64,000 nucleotides of DNA from Neoconidiobolus thromboides FSU 785 (lineage: Eukaryota; Fungi; Entomophthoromycota), in the NCBI GenBank assembly GCA_025603075.1, contig MU626273.1:124001-188000 (forward strand), given 5' to 3'. Below the pieces are notes generated by a model that was given only the letters and a program-made list of their open reading frames with translations, did not search any database and was not told the origin of the DNA. Shown here in pieces: positions 11,573 through 20,873 of the stretch. How positions within the stretch are numbered: position 1 is the stretch's first letter; every line of letters starts with the position of its first letter. The position numbers were made by a program, and so were the translations under genes.

Positions 11573-13189
11573 TTATTTCTTAATCATTTCTAGATCCTCT
11601 TTGGCTTCAATCATGGCTTCTTCTTCTTCTTTTGAAACATACCAAAACTTTGCCATTAAAACAAAAATTATAAAGAAAAAGGTAGAAAGTGCGATATAAA
11701 TCCACATTTTAGTGGAAGCAGAGTAATCCTTTAAGCCAAGTTCTAATCCGAGAACAACATAATTACCAATGGCTGAAGTAACTAAAAAGATCGAAGAAGA
11801 AGAGGATTTCATTTGTTTCCCAACTTGAGTATAAGCAAATTGAAGGCCAATTGGGGATGTCATAGCTTCACCTAAAGATAAAAGAATATATTGAGGGAGT
11901 TGAATAGTGCCATTAATACACTGGTCACATGAAATAACCTTATTCCCTTCTTTAATCAGAGACCCAGCATTTGCTTCAACGTAGTACTGAAGAGAGGTAG
12001 ATAATATATAAGTAAGAATCATAATGAACCAACCCCAAACCATACGAGTTAAAAGAGGCATTTTTATACCCCTTCTCTCTAAGAATGGGTAAACGACATA
12101 GGACATTAATGGTACAAAAATAATAATTAAAATCGAATTAACATTTGAAGAAGCTTCGGCAGGCAATGGAATAAACCACAAAAAGTTCTGATTCATCATA
12201 TCATAATTATTTTGCCATTCAGTGGAGTTTTGGTCATATAGTAACCAAAAGAAAGATAATGGTAGCAACATGAGTGCTACTTTCAAAAATAATCTGGTTT
12301 CTTCAACCATTTCTTTACCATATAAATCATCTGCAAACTGAAGCCAATGGGTTTTACTTGCTTTTTCTTCCTTACTTGCTTTGAAGTTACGGTACCCTGC
12401 AACTACCGCTGTTTTAAAGGCTATCCATGGCATAAATCTACCTGTTGCTGGAACGATACGATAGTAACGATGACCAAATACAAACAAACCTAAAGCAATT
12501 GCAAAAGCAATAGTTGGGATAAAAAAAGCAATAAAATAGCAATTAGAACCAAAGCAGTAGGTATAGTCTTTGATATAGGGAGTGAGATATTGTGCAACTA
12601 AAGCACCAACATTAATACAGACATAAAAAAGGCTAAAAAATTTATCTAGTAAACGAGTCTGTGATGGCAAAAACTGATCACCACCATGAGACGATACACA
12701 TGGCTTAATACCACCTGCACCAAGTGCGATAAGTAAAGCAGGAAAAAGATAAGTCCAAAACGGATAGCTTCCATAACTAGCAACCAAATTATTGATAGAA
12801 AATACAGCTAATAGAGTATTTCCAACCAAATAGATAAAAGACATATAAACAATAGTATGGTATTTTCCTAAGAAAGAATCAGATATAGCAGCGCCAACAA
12901 ATGGAAAGATATAAACTAATGCATTAAATAAAGAAGCTTGTGCTTTGGCATAATATTCTGGATAGCCATAAGCCGTTTGTAAATACTTATTGAGTAAATT
13001 CTTGATACCAAAATAGCAAAAACGTTCACACAGCTCATTTGGTACAATAAAATAAACTGCCTTTGGCATTTTATCATGGTTAGCTGCTAACTTGGCATCT
13101 AACTCAGCATTGATAATCCGCTCTTTTTCTAATAGCTCCCTTTCTCTGTCATCTAGTTCAGTGCCAAAGGCTTCAACGTTCTTAGACAT
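11573..13189 (-). CDS. PTR2: Proton-dependent oligopeptide transporter (POT/PTR family)
   Basis: Intronless 538 aa; IVPNELCERFCYFG (ExxERF motif), GAAISDSFLGKY, LIALGAGGIKPCVSSHGGDQF, FFSLFYVCINVGAL; about 12 hydrophobic helices. Confidence 0.93.
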   Translation of the reverse strand: MSKNVEAFGTELDDRERELLEKERIINAELDAKLAANHDKMPKAVYFIVPNELCERFCYFGIKNLLNKYLQTAYGYPEYYAKAQASLFNALVYIFPFVGAAISDSFLGKYHTIVYMSFIYLVGNTLLAVFSINNLVASYGSYPFWTYLFPALLIALGAGGIKPCVSSHGGDQFLPSQTRLLDKFFSLFYVCINVGALVAQYLTPYIKDYTYCFGSNCYFIAFFIPTIAFAIALGLFVFGHRYYRIVPATGRFMPWIAFKTAVVAGYRNFKASKEEKASKTHWLQFADDLYGKEMVEETRLFLKVALMLLPLSFFWLLYDQNSTEWQNNYDMMNQNFLWFIPLPAEASSNVNSILIIIFVPLMSYVVYPFLERRGIKMPLLTRMVWGWFIMILTYILSTSLQYYVEANAGSLIKEGNKVISCDQCINGTIQLPQYILLSLGEAMTSPIGLQFAYTQVGKQMKSSSSSIFLVTSAIGNYVVLGLELGLKDYSASTKMWIYIALSTFFFIIFVLMAKFWYVSKEEEEAMIEAKEDLEMIKK

Positions 13190-14309
13190 CTTTAATATGA
13201 TAGTTTTATATTTTCTATTCTATCAATTTTACTATTGTTTATATATTGTTTTCATTCTATAATAAATTGTACTTATCCTAGGATATAGTTTTATCGGAGG
13301 AATGGTTTTTCACTATTTCTATTTTCTATCATTTTTCTTTTGGAATATTAAAATTGATGTTAAAATGCTAATAATATTGCCTTTTTAGGCCAAATTGTTG
13401 ATAAAGAATCAAATTAAACTTTTTAATGATTTAGCAGGTATCTTTAGTATAAAGTGTCTTTAATATTTGTTTTTTTACATTATTTAATATATTAAACCAT
13501 GAATCTGGTTTTTGTATATTTTTTACATAAAGTTTATAATAATGTATATAGTTAAAGTTGTTGTTATAATTAAAAATAATATGCTTAAAAATAAAAGGGT
13601 TCATTATTCATAAATATTAAAGAGAATACATTAAATTAATAAAACTATCTTATGATAACAAAATAGATTATATAAAACAAAACCTTAGGTTAGAATAGGA
13701 TAAACAATTTTAATTTATAATAACATCTTATGACAATAAAATTCACTAAATAATGCAAATGTTATCTATATTTTATAATCATTTGTGCTTGTATATATTT
13801 TCTATGGTAGATTCTGGTTTCAATTTATCTAAGGTTAATGAAGTGTGATCCTTTTTTTTATTAACAACATAAAATTTCACAACATTATTATTTGTGATAA
13901 TTCATCTATTGGATGATAATGATAAAGTAAATTAAAGCATAGAAGTCTCATATCAACTATGAAAATAAAGCTTAAAGCTTTATATTTACTATGAACCTTT
14001 TCAATTCAATTTTAATCATAAGTTTATCTACAAAGTAATAAATTCTACCAGATAGCATATTTTGTGAAATAACCTATAAGTAAAGGATCCTAAATTTTCT
14101 TTGACAATGACTTCAAACAAGAAGGAGATGGTTCAAGTTTTTTTCTCTCGGTTTTGTCAAATGACTAGAATTTCAATTTACTATTTATACCTAGTTCTCT
14201 GTCATATCATTTTAATAGTAAAAGCAGTTCCAGCTCAAATAATAATATCCTCAGTTAACTTCAACGCTTCATAATCTCAAACTATATCCTCTTTTCTTAA
14301 TATAACATA

Positions 14310-14404
14310 TGGGAATGTATTTTTGTGTTTGAATTTTACTAACTTTTCCATTCAAATAGCGCTTAAAAGATGGAAAAAGTAATGAAGCCAAAAAAACACC
14401 CCCA
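14310..14404 (-). mobile_element. MITE-like family 1, copy C
   Basis: TGGGAATGT...CAAATAGCGCTTAAAAGATGGAAAA...ACACCCCCA; TA / TA flanks. Confidence 0.85.
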
Positions 14405-14638
14405 TATGTCACTGTTGAGTTTTTAAAATTCAAGTCAGTTAGAAGATGTGATGTTGCTATATTCTATATTAATCTTACAGCTCCATAATTTGGAGCATTT
14501 AAAATTATTAGTATATATTTAATAAAAGTTAAATCAAAATGAATAATAGTAAACTTAAGCAGAGCATAGTTATTTATTTGAGATAGAATGGAAGGAAAAA
14601 CATGAAGATGAGTGATTTTAAAAGGTGAGTTTTAAAAC

Positions 14639-15958
14639 TTAGTAACGTCCATATTTATCATATCCACCATGATGTTTACCATAATGATCATCATCATGAT
14701 GTCCATATCCTTTGTGATGTTTACCATAATGATCATCATCATGATTTCCGTAGCCCTTGTGGTGTTTACCATAATGATCATCATCATCATAACCTCCATA
14801 ACCTTTGTGATGTTTACCATAGTGGTCATCATCGCCATAATGCTTCTTACCATAACTATCGTCATGTCCATAGCCCCTTCTGTAGACTTTATAAGATCCT
14901 TGATGATAGTTCTTTACACCGTAATGATCATCATCTCCATAACCTTTATTGTGTTTACCGTAGTGGTCATCATCACCATAGCCTTTATGGTGTTTACCAT
15001 AATGATCATCATCTCCATAACCCTTATGATGTTTGCCGTAATGATCATCATCACCATAACCTTTATGGTGTTTGCCATAATGATCATCATTTCCGTAGCG
15101 CCTTGCACCATAATAATCATCATCTCCATAGCCTTTGTGGTGTTTACCATAGTGATCATCATCTCCATAACCTTTATGGTGTTTACCGTAGTGGTCATCA
15201 TCTCCATAGCCTTTATGGTGTTTACCATAGTGGTCATCATCGCCATAGCCTTTATGGTGTTTACCATAATGATCGTCATCTCCATAACCCTTATGATGTT
15301 TGCCGTAGTGGTCATCGTCACCATAACCTTTATGATGTTTACCGTAGTGGTCATCATCACCATAACCTTTATGGTGTTTACCATAATGATCATCATCTCC
15401 ATAACCCTTATGATGTTTGCCGTAATGATCATCATCACCATAGTGTTTTGCGCCATAGTAATCATCATCGTGATGTCCATATCCATTGTGGTGCTTACCA
15501 TAATGATCGTCATTTCCATAACCTTTATGGTGTTTGCCATAATGATCATCTCCATCGTAACCCCCGTATCCTTTGTGATGTTTACCGTATCCCTTATGCT
15601 TGCCATAATGATCATCTCCATAATGACTTGCACCGTAGTAATCATCATCATCATAGTCTCCGTAGCCCTTATTATGTTTTCCGTATCCCTTATGTTTTCC
15701 GTAATGATCGTCATCATTATCATCACCATAATCGTCTTTCTTTTCTTCTTTCTTTTCTTCCTTTTTTTCTTCGGGTGCAGGCAAAGATTTCTCTTCAGGA
15801 GCAGCAGCTTGCTGTGGTTGAGCTTGGGCTTCAGGCTTGGCATTCTGCATCAATGCTTTAAGTGGCAAAACCGAGTTTAATGAATTAGTGTTGAGTCCAT
15901 CAGCTAAGATAGTTGACATGACTAAACTAATGAATAAGGTGCTTTTAAATTGAACCAT
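14639..15958 (-). CDS. Secreted His/Asp/Tyr/Gly/Lys-rich tandem-repeat protein, unit DDDHYGKHHKGYG
   Basis: Signal peptide MVQFKSTLFISLVMSTILA, a Q/E/K linker, then roughly 20 copies of a 13-aa (39-bp) unit. Only this frame has a signal peptide, and its repeats vary mainly at synonymous positions. Confidence 0.88.
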   Translation of the reverse strand: MVQFKSTLFISLVMSTILADGLNTNSLNSVLPLKALMQNAKPEAQAQPQQAAAPEEKSLPAPEEKKEEKKEEKKDDYGDDNDDDHYGKHKGYGKHNKGYGDYDDDDYYGASHYGDDHYGKHKGYGKHHKGYGGYDGDDHYGKHHKGYGNDDHYGKHHNGYGHHDDDYYGAKHYGDDDHYGKHHKGYGDDDHYGKHHKGYGDDDHYGKHHKGYGDDDHYGKHHKGYGDDDHYGKHHKGYGDDDHYGKHHKGYGDDDHYGKHHKGYGDDDHYGKHHKGYGDDDYYGARRYGNDDHYGKHHKGYGDDDHYGKHHKGYGDDDHYGKHHKGYGDDDHYGKHNKGYGDDDHYGVKNYHQGSYKVYRRGYGHDDSYGKKHYGDDDHYGKHHKGYGGYDDDDHYGKHHKGYGNHDDDHYGKHHKGYGHHDDDHYGKHHGGYDKYGRY

Positions 15959-16460
15959 TTCTAATAATCTAATGAGTTTAAGTTGATGTAGTAATTGATA
16001 TGCTGTATGTGTAAATAACTATGCTGTAATGCTAATATAATATTTCTATTATAATTTGTTTTAATTTATTGTATCAATATCCCTTCCTTTATATATTCAT
16101 CTAAAATTCTGTTAACTAACTTATCCCACTTTTCACACTTTTACTCCCAGTTTTTTACATTAATTTCCCCTCACTGGTTTTTTTTACCAACTAATTTTAT
16201 TAGGTATCACCCCAAATTAATAGCCAGTTTTCAACTGCTGTGTTGGTTTCCACACATTTAAACGAAACTAAAACACGGATTTTATTTTATCCCGATCTTG
16301 TTGTAAGCTGCTTAAAATTAGTTTTGTGTTTTTTAACCGTTAACTGTCGTTAATGTTGTGTAAACTTGGATTAGTAATCTATTTGTTAAATTTATATTAG
16401 ATTTATTAACTAAAATAAGTAAAATAGTCCAATGTATTAATAAATAAACTTCACTATAAT

Positions 16461-17468
16461 TCAAGTTTTATTTAGAATATAGGAAATAAAAGCTAGATTC
16501 AATAGATCAAACACAATATTTAAATTAATAAAATTCAACTGATTTATAAATTTTTCTAATAAAAAATTTAGATGATTAAATATTACGCTTAAAACCTCAA
16601 TTAAATAACTCATAATTAAGTCCCAATAATAAAATATATTAAATTGACTTACATAATTATAAAAACAATTGAAGAGTAAATTTATTATTGGTATTTTATT
16701 TATCTCATTTACAATTGTTTGAATGATTTCACTATCTGCTAATGCCTTGCTCCATTGTTCGATTTCTTTTTTTGTTGTAATAATCTCGTTCACACTATTC
16801 TCTCGAATTGTTTCAATCAACTCTTCTTTAATTTCATTTAGTTTATTTTGTACGTTGTATATAACTACCCATGAAATTACTTTAAACGATAAAATAATTA
16901 AAAAAATTGTCAGTATTATTAACTTCTTGCTTTTATTTACTATAGTGTTACTCTTGTACAATTGATTTTTTCTTTGATTTCTTTTAAAAACGAATATAAT
17001 TATAATCCCAAATAACACTATAACACCTACTTTAATAACATAAATCAAAATAACGATAAACTCAATTTGATCTACTTTTTGAACGAACAGGTCCGAATTA
17101 ACGATATCTATATTACTGTCATTACTAATAGTGCTAGATAGTTTATCAACTATATCATTAAATAAATCTAACTTGACGCTTTTACAATTGAATAAATTGA
17201 ATAGTATATCTTTTACTAATACGACTATAATGTCTTTGATTCTGTTTAATAATTGATTAATATCATCTACTTTTAAAATGGTACTAATTTGCTGTAATAT
17301 TAACAATATAATTTTAATGTGATTGTTTATGGAAGATATTGAATCAGCAATAAATAGCTTCAATTGTTGAAATTTTCTATTATAATTTATTATATCACTT
17401 ATTAGTTTCATCAGTTCATAAATCAGTATATATATAATACTTAAAAATTGATGATTTAAATTGTTCAT
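16461..17468 (-). CDS. Orphan membrane protein (I/L/N-rich, at least two TM helices, helical C-terminus)
   Basis: A 1008-bp open frame in very AT-rich DNA is unlikely by chance; TM-like FIVILIYVIKVGVIVLFGIIIIFVF and LIILTIFLIILSFKVISWVVIY. No family recognised. Confidence 0.6.
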   Translation of the reverse strand: MNNLNHQFLSIIYILIYELMKLISDIINYNRKFQQLKLFIADSISSINNHIKIILLILQQISTILKVDDINQLLNRIKDIIVVLVKDILFNLFNCKSVKLDLFNDIVDKLSSTISNDSNIDIVNSDLFVQKVDQIEFIVILIYVIKVGVIVLFGIIIIFVFKRNQRKNQLYKSNTIVNKSKKLIILTIFLIILSFKVISWVVIYNVQNKLNEIKEELIETIRENSVNEIITTKKEIEQWSKALADSEIIQTIVNEINKIPIINLLFNCFYNYVSQFNIFYYWDLIMSYLIEVLSVIFNHLNFLLEKFINQLNFINLNIVFDLLNLAFISYILNKT

Positions 17469-17635
17469 GTTTAAATGTTATCAAGTTATTTTTAGCTATA
17501 TAGTCTTTTTTATACTACATTAGCATTAATTTTAAACTGTGAATATATAGAACAAAGCAAAAACAAAGGTAATGAAAATTTAAAATAAAATAAAATGATG
17601 AAAGAAGATTTAAATAAAGAAAATGTAAATGCTGT

Positions 17636-18040
17636 TTATAAACCAATAAGTCCTTTAGCAAAACCCCATGCTTTCTTTAAAAAGTTTCTTTTTGTTACTT
17701 GGGTTGGATCTACAGTAGGAGGAACTTCTTGAGTAGTTGCTTGAGTTGCAGTATTATCAGTAGCTTGAGTAGTAGTGGTAGTACTTGAGGCTGTTACATC
17801 TTTGTTTTTGTTCTTTTTACTTTTATCTTTGCTTAATTTGCTTTTAATCCACTGTTTTCCCACCTCGGCTGTGCTTTTTAAAATTTTGACTCCTTGTTTG
17901 GCCACTTTCATTGAGTTGGTAGTAAGATCTCTCTTAGTTAATTCATTGGCAGGGAAATTACCAGCATTATTGGCTGATATACTTGCTGAGCTAGCACCAA
18001 GTACTAATAAAGAGGAAAAGACTAAAGTATTAACTTTCAT
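17636..18040 (-). CDS. Small secreted precursor-like protein 2 (two KR sites, C-terminal amphipathic peptide)
   Basis: Signal peptide MKVNTLVFSSLLVLGASSA; ELTKR|DLTTNSMKVAKQGVKILKSTAEVGKQWIKSKLSK; T-rich spacer; VTKR|NFLKKAWGFAKGLIGL-stop. Confidence 0.82.
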   Translation of the reverse strand: MKVNTLVFSSLLVLGASSASISANNAGNFPANELTKRDLTTNSMKVAKQGVKILKSTAEVGKQWIKSKLSKDKSKKNKNKDVTASSTTTTTQATDNTATQATTQEVPPTVDPTQVTKRNFLKKAWGFAKGLIGL

Positions 18041-18920
18041 AATTAAATAAGATTAAATATTGGTTGTTTATTTAACAAAGTTCTTCAAACAAAGCTTATA
18101 TACTTTTAAAAAAACGGAGTTGTCATAAAGTATTATTAAGACAAATAATATTAATATATTTAATAATTTATTGCTCCTTATTACACTCGTTTTAATCTTA
18201 TATGATATTATTCCAATCTATTAATTTTGATAATTATTTACTATTTTTAGTCTAAACTTTAGTATTTGAAAATGGTTGCTTTATTTGAAACTAATAAGGT
18301 TATAAATTAGGAGATATTTTGATATTAAATTAAAAATGAGGAAATATTTGAATAATACAATTAATAAGATATTCAGAAAATAGGTCATATTAAATATATG
18401 AAATTGAAATCCAACAAAATAGTAATAAAGCTCCATTTTGTGATAAAATATTGATGCTTTTTAATAGAGATTATACTAATTTTTGATCAAACTTTAACCC
18501 AAAATTGTATTTTCTAAATTTAGAATGTTTCAAATAATAATAAATTAAATTTCTATGCTTTAAATAAATTTTAAAAATATACATTCCAAAAGCAGTATCA
18601 ATTGAATTAGTATGTTAAAAATAAAAAATAAAAGTATTTTAAGCTTGTAATTTTATTGCTACTTCCTCTTTCAACAATCTAGTTTTTTACATTTTTCTGA
18701 ATAAGTATTATATCAAACACCTGGTAATGTTTATTTTTTTATATTCCTCAAGCACAATCTAGCAATAAAACATAATTAATTGTAATTTTTGAGCTTAAAT
18801 AAGGTCTTTTAGTTATTTATTATTTGGTTTGTAGCTTTTATTTATTCAATATATACGCTAAATAACTATATAAATTTAAAAAATAAGTTGTAAAGTTATA
18901 TAGTTTAATAATTAAGATTT

Positions 18921-19319
18921 TTAAGCTAAGAATTTGAGTAATTTAGCAACTGAGCGTTTAATAGCTCGTGTAACCTTTGGAGGGACAGATGGTTGTTGTG
19001 TAGTGACGACAGCATCAGCAATAGGAGTGGGAGTAGGAGCAGTTCCAGAAGCAACAGCAGAAACAGAAGGAGAAGGATTCATTTTGGAATTTAAGTTACT
19101 TAAAGTATCTTTGATAATACCAGTACTTTCTTTCTTTAGGAAACCTTTTATACCTTGAAGCACGTTTGGTGAACCTCCTGTTGGAGTTGGGGTTGGATTG
19201 ATACTAGCAGCACTAGAGGTAGCTGCTACTGTTGATTGTTTTTTAACTTTTTTAGCACTAACAGTATTGGTTCCGGCCAACAAAATAGTTCCGATGAGTA
19301 ATAAAGTATTAAATTTCAT
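18921..19319 (-). CDS. Small secreted precursor-like protein 3
   Basis: Signal peptide MKFNTLLLIGTILLAGTNTVSA; VLQGIKGFLKK helix; P/T/S spacers; IKR|SVAKLLKFLA-stop. Confidence 0.8.
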   Translation of the reverse strand: MKFNTLLLIGTILLAGTNTVSAKKVKKQSTVAATSSAASINPTPTPTGGSPNVLQGIKGFLKKESTGIIKDTLSNLNSKMNPSPSVSAVASGTAPTPTPIADAVVTTQQPSVPPKVTRAIKRSVAKLLKFLA

Positions 19320-19391
19320 TGTAAATAAATATTATTTTTTATATTGTATTTTAGATTCTGTAAATTTTATTTGAGCGTTTATATACCTTTC

Positions 19392-19436
19392 GTTTTATTT
19401 GTTTTATTTGTTTTATTTGTTTTATTTGTTTTATTT
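19392..19436. repeat. Tandem repeat (GTTTTATTT)x5 just upstream of the TATA element of the 18921-19319 gene
   Basis: Five perfect 9-bp units; TATA-like GTATATAAA on the minus strand at 19378-19386. Confidence 0.85.
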
Positions 19437-20558
19437 GTTTTTTTGTTTTTTCCTTTTTTAACTTAATTCATTTTTCACTTACCATTTTTAATTTGCACCT
19501 ATTCTTGCTCTTCCTTATTTCAGTATCCCATTACTATAAGCTCACTACGCTTGGTTTCATCAATAAATAGCTAAATACTTTATATCATCTTTCAATAATT
19601 AATAAATATATCAACTTGTATATAGCTATATTTTTACAACTACAATGTAAGTATTCTTAAACTTATTGCCACTTTATTCCCATTTTCAATTTTTTATCAT
19701 GTTTATATTAATTTATAAATAGCTTATAAGCATAAATCCTTACAAAGATCCAAAAATAACGATGCTTGATATTTCGATATTAATTACTACTTTTCAAAAA
19801 TGTTGTATACCATTTTGGTATAACATTGCCTACTTTTAAGAGTAAATTTGCAAAATAAGTTCAACTTGAAAATGGGAACTAATTAATATAAAGTGAAGAT
19901 GAAATTTGAATGTTAATCATTCTTTAAAAATGACAACGTTTCTATGAAAAGTAGTCAATGTTTTATTAAAAATAGTATAAATAAACCTATTGTTAAACTT
20001 CAATCTAATAATGTGGACTTAACTCATGTACAATTATGTGATGTTATGCCAGGAAAAATGAAAGCGCCATATGGTGATATTTTTTTATCAATTGTTTATT
20101 TTGCCATTTTTTTGAAATTTAAAAATTAATTATTTAATACAAACCGTTCAAGCTTAGATATGTGTGACTAACTATTCATTTTAATAAGCTCTAATTATTA
20201 ACCTGTATATTAGCATGATAGCATGAGTAGTTGGTTATAGAAATCGTTATTATCTAGGGCATATTCGAACTTAAACAGAGCTGTATTAGTTATTTTTAAC
20301 TCGAAAAATAGTAAATGGGGACAATCAATAGAAAACTCCCCATATTATTAGGTATTCCCAGAAGTAGATGTTTTTTTGGGCAAGAATGATGGCAAGTAAA
20401 TCATTAATATTTTAAAATATTTATTTAAAAATGAATAAATTACTATTAAATTTAAATTTTAGGTTTTTACTATTAATAAAATACTAAGTCATCTTTGAAA
20501 AAAGTTTAAAAATAAAAACAGATTCGCTTTTTTCAGCTGTAAATATCAAAATTTTAAT

Positions 20559-20607
20559 CAAATAGTGTTTAAAGATAGAAAAAGTGATCAAGCTAAAAAA
20601 CACCCCA
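20559..20607 (-). mobile_element. MITE-like family 1, truncated half-copy D-prime
   Basis: CAAATAGTGTTTAAAGATAGAAAAAGTGATCAAGCTAAAAAACACCCCA matches one half of the consensus. Confidence 0.65.
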
Positions 20608-20637
20608 TCTCTTTTTTTCACTTGAATTCCTGTATTT

Positions 20638-20731
20638 TGGGGTGTTTTTTTTGTTTCATTACTTTTTCCATTTTTTAAGTGCTATTTGAGTGGAAAGATT
20701 GTTAGTAAAATTTTAAAAAAATACATCCCCA
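20638..20731 (+). mobile_element. MITE-like family 1, copy D
   Basis: TGGGGTGT...TAAGTGCTATTTGAGTGGAAAG...ACATCCCCA; TT / TT flanks. Confidence 0.85.
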
Positions 20732-20873
20732 TTTACTTTTTTGTTTTTTTATAGGCGCAATTCTACATAATTGTGTCCAAGTTTAAATCTATACCATATG
20801 TTTTTGGAAATTAAAAATAAACTTACAGCTATTTCAACTTATAGCTAAAATTTATTTTGTTTTATTTTTAATT

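Noticed and set aside
14639-15730. 39-bp periodic array resembling a CRISPR array
   Set aside because: No unique spacers; it is a contiguous coding repeat in a eukaryotic gene.
14632-15880. Four long overlapping ORFs (14632-14871-, 14669-15880+, 14914-15843-, 15103-15861+), including an apparent multi-TM I/M/V-rich protein
   Set aside because: Alternative-frame and antisense shadows of the 39-bp repeat, which lacks stops in several frames. Only the 14639-15958 frame has a signal peptide and synonymous-biased variation.
16723-19158. ORFs 16723-16965+, 17775-18050+ and 18934-19158+
   Set aside because: Antisense to longer ORFs with signal peptides or TM segments.
20316-20342. TGGGGACAATCAATAGAAAACTCCCCA, a 27-bp TIR-only mini element
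   Set aside because: Flanks do not match (AA/TA), only 5-6 bp pair and the interior is unrelated; may be chance or an unrecognisable relic.
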